37,802 bases of DNA from positions 1-37,802 of the forward strand of contig BTQP01000002.1 in NCBI GenBank assembly GCA_036985935.1, written 5' to 3'. This document shows, one piece after another, positions 34,538 to 37,802 of the stretch. The first letter of the stretch is position 1; each line of letters starts with the position of its first letter. The position numbers and the translations under genes are program-made. The stretch comes from Acidimicrobiia bacterium (lineage in GTDB: Bacteria > Actinomycetota > Acidimicrobiia > Spongiisociales > UBA5794). The notes under the pieces are model-generated. The model was given only the letters and a program-made list of their open reading frames with translations. It did not search any database and had not been told where the DNA came from.

Positions 34538-36796
34538 GTGACCGCGACGCTCCCCCGATCACATCTTGGAGAACAGCATAGATCGCAGCCCGCGAGGGCT
34601 GCTGTTACGACGCGATGGCACGAACTTCGCCGGCTCAGCGGATTGATCATGGCGTCGCTTGCTGCCATCAGCGGGATCGTCCTTGTGTGGCCCGCAATGG
34701 CGGTTGTTGCAATCCTCGGCCTCGGCATAGCAGCAGACGCCACGTTGGCCCTGCGGACCGGTCGCAAATCGGTGGGTCCGACACTCGTAGCGGATGTGTC
34801 TTTCACCGGCCTTGCGATGATCCTCGCCAGTGTGCCCCCGGTGGCGATCGGTGTCGCTGTGGCCTACTTCATCCTGGTCGTTGCCGTTCTCGGAGATTCG
34901 CAGTACGGGTGGGTCATCGGTGTATATGCATTCGTAGTCGGTGCAATCGCTTCATTTGCGCCCACCCTCTTCGGTCTCGCCGAGCCGGTGATCCAACGGT
35001 CCCTTGCGGCAGGGATCATCGTTGTCTCCGTGTTCGCCGTCTCGACGATCGCGATGGTGAAGGAGTTCTCTCTTGTGCGAAGGAGGGGAAACGAGACGAC
35101 CGGAAGGCGAATCGAGGTCGCAGGGGCTATTTCTGATGCATCACGCGTCCTTGTGGCTGACGATGACCCCGCTGCACTGGCAAAAGCGATTTCGTCCATC
35201 CGCGAAGCACTCGGGGCCTCCGTCGTTTTTGTTGAAAGGAACGAATCCGATGCGGAACTTGGGCTGTGCGCTGTTGTGGTAGATCGTTCGGTCTCCTCGG
35301 GATACGTTCATCCCTCCGTCGATCGAACGGCGAGGGTTCCCTGGTCGGTGATGCCCGGCGCGCGGGCCCATCTCGAGGGTGGGGCGCCGTTCTTCTACCG
35401 GGTCGAGGAGGCGCGGGGGACCGCGGGGGACCGGGGCGGTGCGGCCGGACTCCAGGTCGAGATAGACGTTCCGATCGTCATGAATCAGACCTGGGTGGGC
35501 GTGGTAGGTGCGGGCGATCACGACCCCGATCGAGTGTGGGTACCCGACGACCTGGTGCTTCTGAGAACGCTTGCGGGTCTGACCGCCGCGTTCTGGCAGA
35601 GAGCCGAGGAGGCCAAGGTGAGGGATTCCCTCATAGGTTCTCTTGACGGCCGGTTGCGCTTTGAGGAAGCGCTTGCACGGTCGAGTCGGGCGTTGCTTGG
35701 CGAGACCTCGGTGGATCTGAGTCCCGCCCTGGATGCCATTGGCAGCGCAGCCCGGGTTGACGGAGTGGTTGTGACGCGAACGATCGCTGACGAAGAGGGG
35801 GGCCCGGTAGCCGAGGTCGTAGCGACGTGGAGCCCGGTTGGCACAACGCCGGTGATGTCGCCAGGTACCAGGTTGCCATACTCGGACATGCCGGAGGTTC
35901 GTGACCAGATCCAGCGTGGTGAAGAAGCGGTCGTCCACGATGCACAGAAGCGGATCACCGCAGGAATCGAGATAAACGGAGCATGGTTCGGGTCGGTCGA
36001 GTTCGTGCGAGTCAGCAACGCCGATGGCTGGCCCCAGAGGACCTTCCCTTTCATCCGGACGATCGCCGACATGCTTGGCGCGTTCTACGAGCGGGCCGAG
36101 AACCGGTCGCGTCTTGAGTCGTCGCTCTCTCAGAAGGACCAGCTCATCGCATCTGTGAGCCATGAGCTTCGAACACCGCTGACAGCTGTCGTTGGATTGG
36201 CAGAGGAACTGATCTCAGCGGAACAGGAATTCTCGGTCGAAGACCGTCTCGGGATCTTGACAGTGATCGCACAAGAGAGCAAGGAGATGGCGGACCTCGT
36301 CGAAGATCTGCTCATCGCCGCTCGAACGCAGAACGGTGATATACCGGTGTTCCCCGAGCGGGTTGACCTTGCCTTGCTCGCCGGGTACGTGAGGTCGCAC
36401 ATTTCAGTGCCCGAGTCAGTCGAACTGACGATCCACGATGCGCCGTCTGTCGCGCTGGCCGACCCTGTTCGAGTGCGACAGGTGATTCGCAATCTTCTTA
36501 CGAACGCGTTCAGGTACGGAGGTGACACCGTCACCGTCACCTTTGGAACGGAGGATGACCTGGCATACGTCGATGTTCATGACAACGGGCCAGGGATCGC
36601 TCCTGACGATAGAGCTGCGATCTTCGAGCCGTATTCGCGAGCGGGCGGGGGAGCTACACACAAGGCCTCCGTCGGACTTGGTCTCACACTTTCGAAACGA
36701 TTGGCTGAGTTGATGTCGGGTTCACTCGTGTACGTCGAAGGAGACGGCTGCACGTTCCGGCTGTCCGTGCCGTTGCCGACGGAAACTCAGCCTTAG
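34538..36796 (+). CDS. Membrane-bound sensor histidine kinase with no adjacent response regulator
   Basis: About 170-aa multi-TM N-terminus and about 350-aa cytoplasmic sensor region. H-box SHELRTPLTAV, N-box RNLLTNAFRYGG, G-boxes DNGPGI and GLGLTLS. GTG start with GGAG 4 nt upstream. Confidence 0.85.
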   Translation: MTATLPRSHLGEQHRSQPARAAVTTRWHELRRLSGLIMASLAAISGIVLVWPAMAVVAILGLGIAADATLALRTGRKSVGPTLVADVSFTGLAMILASVPPVAIGVAVAYFILVVAVLGDSQYGWVIGVYAFVVGAIASFAPTLFGLAEPVIQRSLAAGIIVVSVFAVSTIAMVKEFSLVRRRGNETTGRRIEVAGAISDASRVLVADDDPAALAKAISSIREALGASVVFVERNESDAELGLCAVVVDRSVSSGYVHPSVDRTARVPWSVMPGARAHLEGGAPFFYRVEEARGTAGDRGGAAGLQVEIDVPIVMNQTWVGVVGAGDHDPDRVWVPDDLVLLRTLAGLTAAFWQRAEEAKVRDSLIGSLDGRLRFEEALARSSRALLGETSVDLSPALDAIGSAARVDGVVVTRTIADEEGGPVAEVVATWSPVGTTPVMSPGTRLPYSDMPEVRDQIQRGEEAVVHDAQKRITAGIEINGAWFGSVEFVRVSNADGWPQRTFPFIRTIADMLGAFYERAENRSRLESSLSQKDQLIASVSHELRTPLTAVVGLAEELISAEQEFSVEDRLGILTVIAQESKEMADLVEDLLIAARTQNGDIPVFPERVDLALLAGYVRSHISVPESVELTIHDAPSVALADPVRVRQVIRNLLTNAFRYGGDTVTVTFGTEDDLAYVDVHDNGPGIAPDDRAAIFEPYSRAGGGATHKASVGLGLTLSKRLAELMSGSLVYVEGDGCTFRLSVPLPTETQP

Positions 36797-36812
36797 GGAC
36801 GGAAGAACAGAT

Positions 36813-37802
36813 CTAGAGAAGGTGACTCGCGACCTCTCTCAAGGTGTTCATATCCGATGTAGCGAGTATGAGTGTTGAAACTCCTGCATCTTTCCACGCA
36901 TCTAACCGGTCACGGATCTGGTCGCTCGATCCGACAAGACACACCTCGTCTACGAGCTCATCCGGGACCGCCATCGTGGCTTCCATTTTCTTGCCCGCGA
37001 GGTAGAGATCCTGAATACGGCGCGCATCGGCCTCGAACCCGTAGCGACAGGCGAGGTCGTTGTAGAAATTCTTCCCTCGTGCACCCATTCCGCCGATATA
37101 CAGCGCCAGTGCCGGTTTCATCTGAAGACGCCCGGCTTCGATGTCGTCTGTAACGAGCGCAGAAACGGTTGGTGCGATCTCGAACGATGTTGACTTGTCC
37201 TGTACGCCGCTGGCTTCGAAGCCCGCGTTGAGCATCGGTTGGTACACCTCGTTCGAGCGTTCGGGCGAGAAAAAGATCGGAAGCCATCCATCGGCGATTT
37301 CGGCAGAGAGTCGAACGTTCTTGGGTCCGATCGCAGCGAGGAAGATCGGCAAGTTCCCGCCTTTGGGAGCTGTCATGATCTTGAGGGGCTTCCCGAGGCC
37401 CGATGCGTCCTCTCCTTTGTACGGGAGCGAGTAGTAGGTGCCGTCGAATTCGACGGGTTCATCTCTGGCGAACATCTTGCGAAGGATCGCGATGTACTCG
37501 CGGGTCACGAGGAGCGGCTTCCCGAACGCCCTGCCGTGCCATCCTTCGACGACCTGCGGTCCTGACACTCCGAGTCCGAGGATGAATCGCCCGTGTGACA
37601 TCTGATCCATCGTCGTTGCCGTCATCGCTGTCATCGCCGGGGTTCGGGCCGGAATCTGGAACACAGCCGAACCGAGCTTGATCCGGTCTGTGCGCGCTGC
37701 GATCCACGCAAGGGGAGTGAGTGCATCTGATCCGTAGGCCTCTGCCGTCCATACAGAGTCGTAACCGAGGGCCTCCGCCTCAGAGATCAAAGAGAAGTTG
37801 TC
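36813..37802 (-). CDS. LLM-class (luciferase-like) F420/flavin-dependent oxidoreductase, N-terminus beyond the window edge
   Basis: EALGYDSVWTAEAYGSDALT, MDQMSHGRFILGLGVSGPQVVEGWHG. The reading frame stays open to nt 37802. Confidence 0.8.
   Translation of the reverse strand, partial: DNFSLISEAEALGYDSVWTAEAYGSDALTPLAWIAARTDRIKLGSAVFQIPARTPAMTAMTATTMDQMSHGRFILGLGVSGPQVVEGWHGRAFGKPLLVTREYIAILRKMFARDEPVEFDGTYYSLPYKGEDASGLGKPLKIMTAPKGGNLPIFLAAIGPKNVRLSAEIADGWLPIFFSPERSNEVYQPMLNAGFEASGVQDKSTSFEIAPTVSALVTDDIEAGRLQMKPALALYIGGMGARGKNFYNDLACRYGFEADARRIQDLYLAGKKMEATMAVPDELVDEVCLVGSSDQIRDRLDAWKDAGVSTLILATSDMNTLREVASHLL

Noticed and set aside
1-37802. Mobile elements, prophage or defence islands, CRISPR arrays, toxin-antitoxin pairs.
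   Set aside because: There are no transposase, integrase or recombinase-like translations, no terminal inverted repeats, no regularly spaced repeats, and no obvious compositional island by eye. The window reads as core chromosome.

Overview
High-GC, densely coding chromosomal segment. It looks actinobacterial: there is a perfect TCGAAC-N4-GTTCGA SOS box, an F420/LLM-type oxidoreductase and GTGA/ATGA gene coupling. Content is mostly core metabolism. Order along the window: partial trpD; a thiol-redox/lipoprotein module (two TlpA/ResA-like lipoproteins flanking an Lgt-like membrane protein); a HisC-like aminotransferase; a CsaA-like tRNA-binding protein; a DEDDh-exonuclease/GIY-YIG fusion; a cysteine-less DsbA-like protein; a TrmH methyltransferase; an AlkA-like glycosylase; kynureninase co-directional with an archaeal-type SAM synthetase; a divergent Cys/Met-family PLP enzyme; pntAA-pntAB-pntB-nitroreductase; lspA; an unknown secreted protein; a YHS-domain protein, SAM methyltransferase and two Opp/Dpp/Nik-type ABC ATPases that converge on the matching SBP-permease-permease genes; a long ilvB-ilvN-ilvC-leuA-leuB-gnd-dapA-like string; a NYN-domain protein; an orphan histidine kinase; and a partial LLM oxidoreductase. 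I saw no rRNA, tRNA, CRISPR array, transposase or integrase. The most notable observation is a single in-frame TGA (1276-1278) exactly where the first Cys of the CXXC motif of a TlpA-like lipoprotein should be, followed 6 nt later by a bulged hairpin. This suggests a selenocysteine UxxC protein, not two small ORFs. Other cis-elements read from the sequence: a perfect LexA box on the exonuclease gene; a CsoR-type GC-tract palindrome in front of the YHS operon, with related GC hairpins in the 315-nt leader of the transporter SBP; and a branched-chain-rich leader peptide plus attenuator hairpin upstream of ilvB, next to a 22-nt-period tandem repeat. All functional calls rest on motif recognition by eye; no database search was possible.
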